A stretch of DNA of 64,000 nucleotides from an uncultured Pelagibacteraceae bacterium (GTDB lineage Bacteria; Pseudomonadota; Alphaproteobacteria; Pelagibacterales; Pelagibacteraceae). The first letter of the stretch is position 1. Every line of letters starts with the position of its first letter. The stretch covers positions 40,596-104,595 of the forward strand of contig CACCBF010000002.1 of the NCBI GenBank assembly GCA_902544135.1, written 5' to 3'. Made by a program: the position numbers and the translations under genes. Below, one piece after another: positions 11,516-22,208 of the stretch. The notes under the pieces are model-generated. The model was not told where the DNA came from and did no database searches. It was given only the letters and a program-made list of their open reading frames with translations.

Positions 11516-12243
11516 TCCTTTTGCAATTTTTTTTCAAATTTTCTCACTAGATAGGAAACAATTAATATTAAAACTAAATACTCAAGAATTAAAAATGTAT
11601 ATATTTCAAGGGGGCGATAAGTTGTAACAACAAGTTCGTTAGCTTTTCTTGTCAAATCACCAATACCTATAATTGAAACTAAAGAAGACATTTTTAAGAC
11701 ATAAACAAATTGATTTCCTATTGCAGGTAAAATATTTTTGATAGCTTGAGGAAGAATAACAAGCTTTAATTTTTTGACAAAATTTAATCCCAACGAACTT
11801 CCAGCCTCCCACTGGGACTTCTTTATAGAGTTTATGCCCGCTCTAAAAATTTCTGCTTGAAATGCACTTTCACTTATAGATAGTGCAATAATGCCAGATA
11901 CAAATGGACTAAAGCTAATACCCGTCATTATTGGTAGTCCATAATAGATCCATAATATTAATACCAATAACGGTATCGCCCTGACAATCTCAACATAGCC
12001 AATATTGATATAAGTTAAAAATTTATTTTTAGCTAATGATGGTATGGCTACAATTAATCCAACAATGATTGAGATAATAATTGAAACTAAAGAAATAAAA
12101 ATTGTGGTGGTTAAACCACTTAATAGAAACTTTAGATTTGTTAAACCTTCAATATTGTTTGGTGATAAGATTAGCCAATTAAGTTCGCCTTTATTACATG
12201 AAGTTAAAGGGATAATTAGAAGTAAAAAAAATAAATTTCTCAC
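11512..12243 (-). CDS. Polar amino acid ABC transporter permease
   Basis: His/Glu/Gln/Arg/opine-family permease with multiple TM segments and an EAA-like loop around SQWEAGSSLGL. Confidence 0.85.
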   Translation of the reverse strand: MRNLFFLLLIIPLTSCNKGELNWLILSPNNIEGLTNLKFLLSGLTTTIFISLVSIIISIIVGLIVAIPSLAKNKFLTYINIGYVEIVRAIPLLVLILWIYYGLPIMTGISFSPFVSGIIALSISESAFQAEIFRAGINSIKKSQWEAGSSLGLNFVKKLKLVILPQAIKNILPAIGNQFVYVLKMSSLVSIIGIGDLTRKANELVVTTYRPLEIYTFLILEYLVLILIVSYLVRKFEKKLQKD

Positions 12244-12283
12244 CCCCCAATTTATAAAGTATTAAGCAGTAAATACTAATTTA

Positions 12284-13051
12284 TTATAAACTTTTTAGAT
12301 TATATTTAGCTAACAACTTAGTAAAGAAGCCCGATGATTTCTTGTTTTTAATCCAATCATTAACATAGTTGTTCCATTTATTATCACCTTTAGGAACCAT
12401 CATAGCTAAAAAAGCAGGATTTTTTTCACCATCAGGAACGATAGCTAGTTGAGGATATTTAATAACTAACTTATTTGCCTCTGTTGAACTTGTTATATTT
12501 CCATCTGCTCTCCCGGCTAATACTTCTTGAAAGTCTCTAGCTGGAGCTTCTACAGAATTCAGTTTTGATTTAGGAAAAAATTCTTTTGCTTTTTCTTCCT
12601 GTGATGTACCAAGAGTAGTTGCAATAGTTACACTTGAGTTGTTAAGAGAGTCCCAGGTCGAAAATTTGCTTAAATTCTTTTTTAGAACAAGTGGTACAGT
12701 TCCATATTTATAGTAGGTATCTGTAAATCCAGCTACCTCAGCTCTTTTAGGAGTTTTCGTGACACTTGTTGATATATCATACCTTTCAGAAGTTATTCCA
12801 GAAACGATAGTTTTCCACTCAGCTGGTACAAATTCAATTTTAACACCCATGTCCTTAGCTAGTTCATTCATTACATCGATATCAAACCCTTTATATTTAT
12901 TAGTCACCGGATCTTTAATAGTCATAGGATCCCAATCTCCAGTTGTTCCAACTTTTAAGACACCTGATGATAAAATCTTATCTAAATTTGATTCTGCGTT
13001 TAAATTAAAGGGTAAAAGAGCAAAGATTGCTAAATAAATTAGTTTTTTCAT
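12284..13051 (-). CDS. Polar amino acid ABC transporter substrate-binding protein (family 3)
   Basis: Start set at the [15 protein letters not shown] signal peptide (ATG 13051). SBP_bac_3-like body ([12 protein letters not shown]...). Confidence 0.8.
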   Translation of the reverse strand: MKKLIYLAIFALLPFNLNAESNLDKILSSGVLKVGTTGDWDPMTIKDPVTNKYKGFDIDVMNELAKDMGVKIEFVPAEWKTIVSGITSERYDISTSVTKTPKRAEVAGFTDTYYKYGTVPLVLKKNLSKFSTWDSLNNSSVTIATTLGTSQEEKAKEFFPKSKLNSVEAPARDFQEVLAGRADGNITSSTEANKLVIKYPQLAIVPDGEKNPAFLAMMVPKGDNKWNNYVNDWIKNKKSSGFFTKLLAKYNLKSL

Positions 13052-13085
13052 ACTTACTTCTAACAAATTTAAAAAAAAAATGAGA

Positions 13086-13649
13086 CTATAATCTTGACGC
13101 ACTATCATTCATCCAAGAAAATAAATGCTGCGAAAAAGAGCGTCTTACAAAAAGGTTAATGTCATTTTGACTCTCGTTTTGTATAATCACATCAATTTTT
13201 GCTAATATTGTTTGTGTGACAGAACCCTTTTTTTTTCTAAAATCGTTGAAATTAAATGGGGATCCATTCTCAAATAAGTCATAAACTTTGTCACCTTTAA
13301 TGTTAATCAAAACAAATTGGTCGGTAACATCTGTGACAGCTCCTAAATTTGTTCTACAAATATTTTTATTAAGTAAATTTTCTGTTTGATAATCGTTGCT
13401 ACCAGTATTAGAAACTTCATTTGAAAAAATCATCCATTCATCAGGACTTAGCCAAAGTGCAGTTAATTTATCGCTTTTAGTAAATGTATTTGCTTCGGCT
13501 GGCAATATCAAATTTAATGATTTTCCAACTGCAGATAAAAATTCTCTTTTTTTTCCTCTTAGAATCAGTTTCATTATTGGTTTAACTTCTTTCATTTTTA
13601 ATCCTGAATAAGACTTTTCTTCTGTAATTGCGTTTGAATAATTAAGCAT
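13086..13649 (-). CDS. soxG: Sarcosine oxidase gamma subunit
   Basis: 187 aa, last gene of the soxBDAG order. Overlaps soxA by 8 nt. Confidence 0.8.
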   Translation of the reverse strand: MLNYSNAITEEKSYSGLKMKEVKPIMKLILRGKKREFLSAVGKSLNLILPAEANTFTKSDKLTALWLSPDEWMIFSNEVSNTGSNDYQTENLLNKNICRTNLGAVTDVTDQFVLINIKGDKVYDLFENGSPFNFNDFRKKKGSVTQTILAKIDVIIQNESQNDINLFVRRSFSQHLFSWMNDSASRL

Positions 13650-16647
13650 TTAATCTTTTATTCTCCTTGTCTAAAAACACTGGATCTGTAACTGTCACTT
13701 TGATTTGTTTATTTTCCATTGGGATAATCAGGTTTTGACCCATCATATTTTTTCCACCTTTAACAACACCTAAAGCAATAGATTTTTCTAAATTTGGACT
13801 ATAGTAACTTGAAGTTATATGACCCAACATTTCAACTGGTGACTTGTTTGCATCGGCGACAATTTGAGCACCTTCTTCCAAAACTTCTTTTGGGTTCTCT
13901 GTAACTAAACCAATTAACTGTTTTCTATCCTCTCTGATTGTATCTGATCTATATAAAGATCTTTTACCGATAAAGTCATATTTCTTTTTACTAACTATCC
14001 AATCCATTTGAAGATCTATTGGTGTCATAGTAGCATCAGTGTCTTGTCCTACAATTATGTATCCTTTTTCTGCCCTTAGTAAATGCATTGTCTCAGTCCC
14101 ATAAGGTGTGATATTAAATTCTTTTCCTGCCTGCATACATTTATCCCATACAGATTTTCCATAGTTAGCTTGAACATTAATTTCATAACTTTGCTCACCG
14201 GTAAAACTTATTCTCATTACTCTACATTTAACTTTGTCAATCTTTGCGTTTTTAAATGACATATGTGGAAATTTTTCATCAGATAAATCTATCTCAGGAA
14301 TTACTTTTGAAATAATTTTTTTACTGTTTGGACCACAAACACTAATTGTTGCATAATGGTCGGTCACTGAAGTTAAGTATACATCTAATTCTGGCCATTC
14401 TGTCTGAAGATAGTCTTCTAATTTACCCAAAACAGTTGCTGCTCCACCAGTTGTTGTGGTCATAATATAATGGTTCTCATCTAAGCGCGTTGTTACACCA
14501 TCGTCATACACCATGCCATCCTCATTAAGCATCAGTCCATATCGACATTTTCCAATAGCAAGCTTTGACCATGCATTGGTATAAACTCTATTTAAAAACT
14601 CTGAAGCATCTGTACCTTGAATATCAATCTTACCTAATGTTGAAGCATCTAATATACCAGCACTATCTCTTGCAGCTTTACTTTCTCTTTGTACAGCTTC
14701 ATGCATACCTTCATTTTCTTTTGGATAAAACCAAGCTCTTTTCCATTGTCCCACATTTTCAAATTTTGCTTTATTTTCAACGTGCCAATCATGAATTGGA
14801 GTTTTTCTAAAAATATCAAAATATTCTCCTACATTTCTTCCAACAATTGTACCAAAAGTAAGAGGAGTGTAGGGTGGTCTAAATGTTGTTGTACCAAGCT
14901 CACCCATTCTGGAGCCAGCAGTTTCTGAAATAATTCCTAAAGCATGCATATTACCAAGTTTACCTTGATCAGTTCCCATACCTGTAGTGGTGTATCTTTT
15001 TACATGCTCTATAGATCTAAATCCTTCTCTTAAAGCTAATTTAATATCTTTTGCTGTTGCATCATTTTGATAATCAATAAATGGTTTTGTCTTACCCATT
15101 ATCTTATCAGATGGAAGTAACCATATATTTCTTTTAGTTTTATTGAAATGAGATTGGATCTCAAGATTTTCATATTCAGTTTTCTTAATATTTAAGAAAT
15201 TTTTAAGTTTTTTTGAAATACCTGTTAATATTTCATCCAATGTAAATTCTCCATTACAAGAACCTATACTTATTTGATCCGAAGGGTATGTATCTGGAAT
15301 AAATACTTGATCGTCATCTCTGAATTTCAATTTGCCACCAGATTGTGTGAAAAGATGTACTGCTGGAGTCCATCCTCCAGACATACCAAGGCAATCACAA
15401 TCAATAGATATTTTAGAACCTACAACTTTTTGACCATCTTTTGATAGTTGCATTATTGAGATTTTTTTAATCTTTTTGTATCCGAATGTGTCATTAACTG
15501 TATATCCTTTATAAATTTTTATATTATTTTTTTCTATTTCTTTAATTAATTTTGAATCAACCTCTTCTCTATTATCGATAATAGCTTCAACATTGATTCC
15601 TTTTTGAAATAGACTTATTGCGGTTTCATAGGCACTATCATTATTAGTAAAAAGAACATTTTTTTGACCACATGCAACACCAAATAAATTCGAGTATTTT
15701 TCTATTGCAGATGACAGCAAAATCCCTGGTCGATCATTATTGTCAAATATTAGAGGTCTTTCTAAAGATCCAGTTGCGCATATGACTTTTTTTGCTCTTA
15801 TCTTAAGTAGTCTATGACGAATTTTTTCATCTCTTTGATGTAAAGGTAAATGATCAGTTAAGTTTTCTCGTGCCAATAAAAAGTTGTAACCATGGAATGC
15901 GGCTACACTTGTTCTTGTTTTTATTTTTAAATTATCAATTTTTTTTATTTCATTTATTTCTTTTTCCAACCATGAACTTGAAATTTGATTATTAATCTTA
16001 AAGTGTTCTGAATTTTGGTGAATTGTGGAACCACCAAGATAAGGTTTTTCGTCTAACAATAGTGTTTTAAAGCCACTTTTTGCAGAAGTCTTTGCTGCAA
16101 TAATACCTGAAATACCTGCACCAATAACTAATACATCACAATGGATATATTTATGTTCATACATGTCTGGATCAGGCTCCGTAGGTGATTTACCTAAACC
16201 AGCAGACTTTCTTATAAAATACTCATATTTTTCCCAAAAACTTGCTGGCCACATGAAAGTTTTATAATAAAAACCCGCTGGAAGTACTGGACTTAAAAAA
16301 TTGTTTATACCTCCTATATCAAAGTTTACACTTGGCCAACAATTTTGACTTGAAGCTTCAAGTCCTTCGTAAATTTCTATTTCTGTAGCTCTAACATTTG
16401 GTTCAGTTCGAGATGTATTTTTATGAAGTTGAACAATAGCATTAGGCTCTTCTGAACCAGCAGTCATTATTCCTCTTGGTCTATGGTATTTAAAACTTCT
16501 TCCTACTAAATGGATACCATTAGCTAAAAGTGCAGATGCTAATGTATCTCCTTTGTAACCATAATAAGTTTTATTATTAAACTTAAATGAAATTTTATAT
16601 GTTTCATCTATAAACTTACTTGACTTAACTCTTAAATTTTTTGTCAT
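13642..16647 (-). CDS. soxA: Sarcosine oxidase alpha subunit
   Basis: 1001 aa with a dinucleotide-binding GAGISG motif and a C-terminal aminomethyltransferase (GcvT)-like folate domain. Confidence 0.95.
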   Translation of the reverse strand: MTKNLRVKSSKFIDETYKISFKFNNKTYYGYKGDTLASALLANGIHLVGRSFKYHRPRGIMTAGSEEPNAIVQLHKNTSRTEPNVRATEIEIYEGLEASSQNCWPSVNFDIGGINNFLSPVLPAGFYYKTFMWPASFWEKYEYFIRKSAGLGKSPTEPDPDMYEHKYIHCDVLVIGAGISGIIAAKTSAKSGFKTLLLDEKPYLGGSTIHQNSEHFKINNQISSSWLEKEINEIKKIDNLKIKTRTSVAAFHGYNFLLARENLTDHLPLHQRDEKIRHRLLKIRAKKVICATGSLERPLIFDNNDRPGILLSSAIEKYSNLFGVACGQKNVLFTNNDSAYETAISLFQKGINVEAIIDNREEVDSKLIKEIEKNNIKIYKGYTVNDTFGYKKIKKISIMQLSKDGQKVVGSKISIDCDCLGMSGGWTPAVHLFTQSGGKLKFRDDDQVFIPDTYPSDQISIGSCNGEFTLDEILTGISKKLKNFLNIKKTEYENLEIQSHFNKTKRNIWLLPSDKIMGKTKPFIDYQNDATAKDIKLALREGFRSIEHVKRYTTTGMGTDQGKLGNMHALGIISETAGSRMGELGTTTFRPPYTPLTFGTIVGRNVGEYFDIFRKTPIHDWHVENKAKFENVGQWKRAWFYPKENEGMHEAVQRESKAARDSAGILDASTLGKIDIQGTDASEFLNRVYTNAWSKLAIGKCRYGLMLNEDGMVYDDGVTTRLDENHYIMTTTTGGAATVLGKLEDYLQTEWPELDVYLTSVTDHYATISVCGPNSKKIISKVIPEIDLSDEKFPHMSFKNAKIDKVKCRVMRISFTGEQSYEINVQANYGKSVWDKCMQAGKEFNITPYGTETMHLLRAEKGYIIVGQDTDATMTPIDLQMDWIVSKKKYDFIGKRSLYRSDTIREDRKQLIGLVTENPKEVLEEGAQIVADANKSPVEMLGHITSSYYSPNLEKSIALGVVKGGKNMMGQNLIIPMENKQIKVTVTDPVFLDKENKRLNA

Positions 16648-16649
16648 TT

Positions 16650-16925
16650 CTATTTTGTTGGAGGCTTTTCACCCATTTTATAAATTGCTTTAATTTCATC
16701 ATTAGATGTGTCTCTAACCATGTTAAACCATTTTCTACATCCATGGGTATGAACCCATCTTTCAAACTGGACACCTTTGATATTTTTTCTCATAAAAAGA
16801 TATTCGGCCCACTGATCATCACTTAATTCAGTTGGTTGTTTGGGTCTAACTATATGAGCTTCACCTCCAGCTTTGAACTCACTTTGTTCTCTTTCACCGC
16901 AATAAGGACAATGAATCAAAAACAT
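16650..16925 (-). CDS. soxD: Sarcosine oxidase delta subunit
   Basis: 91 aa with the CPYCGERE...HTHGC zinc-binding pattern, located between soxB and soxA. Confidence 0.9.
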   Translation of the reverse strand: MFLIHCPYCGEREQSEFKAGGEAHIVRPKQPTELSDDQWAEYLFMRKNIKGVQFERWVHTHGCRKWFNMVRDTSNDEIKAIYKMGEKPPTK

Positions 16926-18178
16926 TAGTGTGCTACAGCAGCTGCACCATGTTCATCAACAAGATCACCACTTATAAATCTATTAAGATTAAATGCAGCA
17001 TTTAATTTGTGAGGTTCATCATTTGCTATTGTATGAGCAAATAGATCTCCTGAACCTGGTGTTGCTTTGAATCCTCCAGTGCCCCAACCACAATTAAAGT
17101 ATAAACCTTTTATTGGAGTCTTGCTAATAATAGGACTCGCATCAGGACATATATCTACGATTCCACCCCATTGTCTTAACATTCTCATACGACTGAATAT
17201 TGGATATAATTCTAGAATAGCATTTAAGGTTCCTTCAACAATGTCATGACTTCCTTTTTGAGAATAAGAAACATAATCATCTGTACCAGCTCCAATTACT
17301 AGCTCACCTTTATCCGACTGACTGACATAAGCATGCACTGCATTTGACATAACTACTGTATCAATAATAGGTTTTACCGGCTCAGAAACTAAAGCTTGAA
17401 GAGGTTTGCTCTCCAAAGGCAATCTTAAACCTGCCATGTTTGCTATTACACTTGAATGACCAGCAGCAACAACACCAATTTTTTTGGTTTTGATAAAACC
17501 TTTTGTTGTCTCAACGCCTTCAATACTATCACCACTTCTTTTAATTCCTTTAACTTCACAATTTTGAATTATGTTAACACCCATTTCATCAGCACCTCTT
17601 GCGTAACCCCAAGCGACGGCATCATGACGCGCTGTACCAGCTCTACGCTGGAGAGTTCCACCTAAAACTGGATATCTAATATCTGGAGATGTATTTATAA
17701 TTGGACAAAATTTTTTTACTTGCTCTGTATTAAGATAAACTGCATCAATACCATTCAATCTATTAGCATGAGTCCTTCTCTTAAGATCTCTAACATCTTG
17801 TAAATTATGAGCAAGATTCATTACTCCCCGTTGACTGAACATTACATTGTAATTTAATTCTTGAGAAAGTTTCTCCCAAATTTTTAGAGCATGATCATAT
17901 AAACCAGCACTCGCATCCCATAAATAGTTAGATCTGATTATTGTAGTGTTCCTTCCAGTATTACCTCCACCAATCCAACCTTTTTCTATCACAGCAACAT
18001 TTTTAATATGATGTTTTTTTGCAAGATAATAAGCTGTAGCCAATCCATGACCTCCACCACCGATAATTACAATATCATATTCTTTTTTTGGTTCAGGATC
18101 ACCCCAAGCCTTTTGCCAATTTTCGTGATATGAAAAAGAATTTTTAATTAACGAAATTATTGAATATTTATTTTTCAT
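16925..18178 (-). CDS. soxB: Sarcosine oxidase beta subunit
   Basis: 417 aa FAD oxidase with an N-terminal [16 protein letters not shown] Rossmann motif. Confidence 0.95.
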   Translation of the reverse strand: MKNKYSIISLIKNSFSYHENWQKAWGDPEPKKEYDIVIIGGGGHGLATAYYLAKKHHIKNVAVIEKGWIGGGNTGRNTTIIRSNYLWDASAGLYDHALKIWEKLSQELNYNVMFSQRGVMNLAHNLQDVRDLKRRTHANRLNGIDAVYLNTEQVKKFCPIINTSPDIRYPVLGGTLQRRAGTARHDAVAWGYARGADEMGVNIIQNCEVKGIKRSGDSIEGVETTKGFIKTKKIGVVAAGHSSVIANMAGLRLPLESKPLQALVSEPVKPIIDTVVMSNAVHAYVSQSDKGELVIGAGTDDYVSYSQKGSHDIVEGTLNAILELYPIFSRMRMLRQWGGIVDICPDASPIISKTPIKGLYFNCGWGTGGFKATPGSGDLFAHTIANDEPHKLNAAFNLNRFISGDLVDEHGAAAVAH

Positions 18179-18201
18179 TGTGCAATAAATACTTGATTAA
18201 T

Positions 18202-18215
18202 ATTGAATATTCAAT
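18202..18215. promoter_or_regulatory. Perfect 14-nt palindrome ATTGAATATTCAAT upstream of soxB (candidate operator)
   Basis: Read directly from the sequence. It lies 24 nt upstream of the soxB ATG, inside the 62-nt soxB/tRNA-Ser spacer. Confidence 0.25.
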
Positions 18216-18240
18216 GATTTCAAGTTACACACTTATCAAC

Positions 18241-18332
18241 GGAAAGGTGGGTGAGAGGCTTAAACCAGTCGTTTGCTAAATGACCGTGCGAGGAAACTTG
18301 TACCGAGGGTTCGAATCCCTCCCTTTCCGCCA
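18241..18332 (+). tRNA. tRNA-Ser (anticodon GCU), CCA encoded
   Basis: Hand-folded. Acceptor GGAAAGG/CCTTTCC. Anticodon stem GTCGT/ATGAC with loop TTGCTAA. Long variable arm. T-arm GAGGG-TTCGAAT-CCCTC. Ends in discriminator G plus CCA. Confidence 0.9.
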
Positions 18333-18347
18333 TTTTTTTTAGAAAAA

Positions 18348-19943
18348 TTACCTTTTAAATAATTCTTTCAATTTATTGTTAATCTTCAGAGAGACTGACT
18401 CCCAATTATTTAAATTGTCAGCTTTAATTATTTCTAAATTGTCATAAAAACATTTTTCCTTTAACTCTATATGCCATCGCCAATCAGGATTAGAGTTAAG
18501 TAATAACATAGTCTTAACTCCTATAGTAGAGGCGAGATGAGTCATTGATGTGTCAACTGTAATTAACAAGTCTACATTATTTAGAATAGAGATAGTATCA
18601 ACAAATCTTTTATCTCCGATATCTATTTGTTCTGAGAAATCAGTAATAAATTCTTGTAAGTTATTTGATTTAATATCCGAAGAAAAATTATCTTTTTGTA
18701 AGCTTAAAAAAGAATAATTTTTATCTTTGATTAAATTACTCAAAAATTTAATAGGAATAGATCTTTCTTGATCATCTAAAAATTTTTTATTACCCTTCCA
18801 TTGAATAACAATAAGAGGTCTCTTTAAATTCTCGAGTTTTTTTTTCCAATTTAAATTATTAGATGTATCATCTGATATAAATGGAATCCGTTTCTTAAAT
18901 TTATTTTCTATTTTATAATAAATGTAAGGTAAAGTTAATAAATGTTGATAAAAATCAATTTTATCAACTTTATCTAAATCATTTATAATTTTACACGGAC
19001 AATTTTTAAAAAGGTGTGAAATTTTTTCATTAACATAAAAAAATATATCACAATTAAATTTTTCTTTTAACCAAAAGATATATCTAGCAAATTGTAAGTT
19101 ATCTCCAATACCTTGTTCACTAAGGATTAAAATCTTTTTATTATCTATTTTATCCTTAAACCATTCTTTACAATTGAAATCATTAATCAATTTATTAGTA
19201 ATTCTTAAATTGTCTAATTGTACTTTTTTTCTTGCCTCAAAAAAATAAAAAGCTTTGTCATAGTTATTTATAGCAAAATAACATTTACTTAAACCTATTT
19301 TAGCAATTGTATGATCTTTATCTATGTCTAAAACTTTATAATAATTTATGATTGAATTTTTAAAATCTTTTGTTTGAAATAAACAATTAGCTAAATTTAG
19401 AATAGCTTGTTTATTTTTATTATTTATATTAAGACATTGTTTAAATAAATTAATTGCTTTTTTAAAATTAATTTGCTTCAAATAACAGATACCAAGATTA
19501 TTAAGAGCATTCAAATTTTTTGGTTCCTTCAACAAGATATCTTTAAATTTTTTTTTGGCCTTTTCATACTCCTTGTTCATTAATTCAATTAATCCAAGGT
19601 GATATTTGGCTAACAAATTCTCTTGATTTATATTTAGCGTTTTATTGAAATAATCTATTGTATTTTTAAGATTTTTTTCTTGAAAAAAAATGAGCCCTAA
19701 ATTTAAATTTGCAAACTCATGATTTTTATCTATCTTCAGAATTTTAAAAAAAAATTTTTTGGCATTTTCATTATTATTTTTTTTTATTTCTATTATCCCT
19801 AAATAAAAAAAAGCTACTATTTGTGTCGATTTTTCATTTTGTAGAATTTTAAAACACTCAATAGCCTCATTTAGTTTATTTTTATTGAAAAATTCTATTC
19901 CAGATTTTAATTTTTGCTGAAAAAAAGATTGATTAAATTCCAT
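18348..19943 (-). CDS. TPR-repeat protein fused to a GT9 (heptosyltransferase-like) glycosyltransferase domain
   Basis: N-terminal ~250 aa are repeated 34-aa TPR-like units. The C-terminal half has the ILSEQGIGDNLQFARY motif typical of GT9. Confidence 0.75.
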   Translation of the reverse strand: MEFNQSFFQQKLKSGIEFFNKNKLNEAIECFKILQNEKSTQIVAFFYLGIIEIKKNNNENAKKFFFKILKIDKNHEFANLNLGLIFFQEKNLKNTIDYFNKTLNINQENLLAKYHLGLIELMNKEYEKAKKKFKDILLKEPKNLNALNNLGICYLKQINFKKAINLFKQCLNINNKNKQAILNLANCLFQTKDFKNSIINYYKVLDIDKDHTIAKIGLSKCYFAINNYDKAFYFFEARKKVQLDNLRITNKLINDFNCKEWFKDKIDNKKILILSEQGIGDNLQFARYIFWLKEKFNCDIFFYVNEKISHLFKNCPCKIINDLDKVDKIDFYQHLLTLPYIYYKIENKFKKRIPFISDDTSNNLNWKKKLENLKRPLIVIQWKGNKKFLDDQERSIPIKFLSNLIKDKNYSFLSLQKDNFSSDIKSNNLQEFITDFSEQIDIGDKRFVDTISILNNVDLLITVDTSMTHLASTIGVKTMLLLNSNPDWRWHIELKEKCFYDNLEIIKADNLNNWESVSLKINNKLKELFKR

Positions 19944-19945
19944 GT

Positions 19946-22165
19946 TTAATAAAGAGGATCATCTTTAAAAAAATTTTTCATTCTTATAGGTTTTTGCTCT
20001 AAAATATATCGATAGACATTATAATTTTCTAAAACTCTTTGCACATAATTTCTTGTTTCTTTAAATTTAATTAACTCAATCCAGTTTATATAATCAATTT
20101 GTTTTTTTTGAGGATTTTTATTTATTTTTTTCCAATATTTAACTCTTTTGGGACCTGCATTATAAGCTGCAACAGCAAAAGGATAAGCTCCATCATAATC
20201 AAGAATTAAACCAGCTATATAATGTGATCCAAGATTAATATTGTACTCCGCATCCTTTGTTAGTCTTGATTTTGAATATGGAAGCTTTGCTTGTTTGGCA
20301 ACTACTTTTGCAGTGTAGGGCATTAATTGCATTAAACCTTTTGCACCTGCATGACTATTAGCGCTTAAATCAAATTCACTTTCTTGTCTTATAATTGATA
20401 GAATAAAAGCAGTTTCTGGTATTTTTCTTCCATTGATATATTTAGGTGTACTTATAATTGGATAATTAAATTTATTATGGAATCTTTTTTCATAGGAAGC
20501 AATTTTTGCAATTTGAATTGCAAAATCAAATCTATCAATATTAGTCGCTAGCTGTGCTGCTAAAATTTCACTTCCACTTTCGATATTATCATTGGCTAGA
20601 TGTCGAAGAATATGTTTTGTGTATTTATCATTGTCGAGTTCATCAAGAAGATAAATTGTTTTTACCAATTCTTTTTTAAAAAAATAATCCTTGTAATCTT
20701 TTGACACTTCTAAATCTTTGGAAAGTTCAAAAGTTTTATCAGGATTTAATTCCATAAATGCTAATTGACCATAGTAAGTAGTCAAAAATTGTGCTGCTTT
20801 TTGAAGCCATTCAATTGCTAAGTTACTTTCTCCAAGTTTTTGGTAAGTTTTTCCTAACCAATACGCACCGCGGGAAACACTTATAGGATAGCCCACATTA
20901 TTATAAAAATTTTCAAAATGATCTTTTGCCAATAAAGGATCTTTTAAAAAACTTAGTGCTATCCATCCGCTCATCCATTCAGCTGCAGCATATTCAGATC
21001 CTTCAGTCAACGCATGATTACTTGATACCTTATAAGCTAATTCAAACTTTTTTTTATATATAAGAGATCTCGAAATTATTTCTCTTTCAATCCACCATTT
21101 ATCAGGTCGAACAAGATAATCTTTTGTATTTTTAATCTTTAATAAAATTTCCAGAGAACTATCAACTCTACCTCTTTTACGTCTCCATTTTAACCTGTCG
21201 TAATTTAATCCTGCATCGTTTTTAAATTTAGTAGGTACTTTTGCAATTGCATTATCTACACCATATGACTTACTCATCAAAAGTTGCCTCGCTGTGTATA
21301 AAAGTTGATAATCTTTCGGTAAATATCTTAAAAGTCTCTTTAAATCCCAATATTTATTATTCCAGGCAAGGTAATCTGCTCTTTTGATATAATCATCAGA
21401 ATTTAGATATTTTTTAAATTTTTTCCTATAAAACTTTAGTTCAGATCTGTTAAGCTCAGCTGTTATCCATCCTTCTTTAACTAAAGATATTCCCCTTTGT
21501 TTACTGCCTAGCAAAATATAGCTTTCACCCAATATCATTTTTCCAAAACCACTCAACGGTTCGCTAGTTTCAAACCAACTTATAATCTTTTTTGGTGAGA
21601 CAGTGTCTGTCGAAAGTTTATGTTCTGCTAGATATTTAATTCTACCTATTCTTGGGTAATCCTCATTTGCATCAATAAATGCTTTATATTCATAATATGA
21701 GGCTTTATTTCCCTTTGTTAAGAGGTGTCTCCATTGTATGAAATTGTAAATTGATTTGTCTCTAGCTCTTTTTGAAGTTTTTAAAGCAGAGGCCCACTTT
21801 GCTTGTTTCATTTCACTTAAAGCTTTTTTTGCTAATGCAAAATCTTTTTTACTGTAATATTTTGATTTTTTAACAGTATCCTTTTTTTTTGCTCCCGCAA
21901 TCAAAGGTTTTTTTTTAGGTAAAATTATTCCTATATTGCTTTTTTTATTTGTGACTTTTTTGTAATTTGTTTGTTTTTGCTGGTTTTTGATGGCTTTTTT
22001 AGTTGACGGTTTTTGTAATGGTTTTAGAACATCTATTAGCAGCTTTTGTTCTTTTTCCTCTAAACTTTGATCAGGCTTTTTCAATGGGATTATTTCTGCA
22101 AAAACTTCAATAGATTGATTAAAAAATATAAACAAACTAATAATTAATAAGAATTTTTTAAACAT
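19946..22165 (-). CDS. slt: Soluble lytic murein transglycosylase (Slt70-like)
   Basis: Signal peptide, a long superhelical region, and a C-terminal SLT domain ESEFDLSANSHAGAKGLMQLMPYTA. Confidence 0.85.
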   Translation of the reverse strand: MFKKFLLIISLFIFFNQSIEVFAEIIPLKKPDQSLEEKEQKLLIDVLKPLQKPSTKKAIKNQQKQTNYKKVTNKKSNIGIILPKKKPLIAGAKKKDTVKKSKYYSKKDFALAKKALSEMKQAKWASALKTSKRARDKSIYNFIQWRHLLTKGNKASYYEYKAFIDANEDYPRIGRIKYLAEHKLSTDTVSPKKIISWFETSEPLSGFGKMILGESYILLGSKQRGISLVKEGWITAELNRSELKFYRKKFKKYLNSDDYIKRADYLAWNNKYWDLKRLLRYLPKDYQLLYTARQLLMSKSYGVDNAIAKVPTKFKNDAGLNYDRLKWRRKRGRVDSSLEILLKIKNTKDYLVRPDKWWIEREIISRSLIYKKKFELAYKVSSNHALTEGSEYAAAEWMSGWIALSFLKDPLLAKDHFENFYNNVGYPISVSRGAYWLGKTYQKLGESNLAIEWLQKAAQFLTTYYGQLAFMELNPDKTFELSKDLEVSKDYKDYFFKKELVKTIYLLDELDNDKYTKHILRHLANDNIESGSEILAAQLATNIDRFDFAIQIAKIASYEKRFHNKFNYPIISTPKYINGRKIPETAFILSIIRQESEFDLSANSHAGAKGLMQLMPYTAKVVAKQAKLPYSKSRLTKDAEYNINLGSHYIAGLILDYDGAYPFAVAAYNAGPKRVKYWKKINKNPQKKQIDYINWIELIKFKETRNYVQRVLENYNVYRYILEQKPIRMKNFFKDDPLY

Positions 22166-22208
22166 ATTCTTTTACTATATGAATCTTTAAACTATGTTAT
22201 AAGTATTT

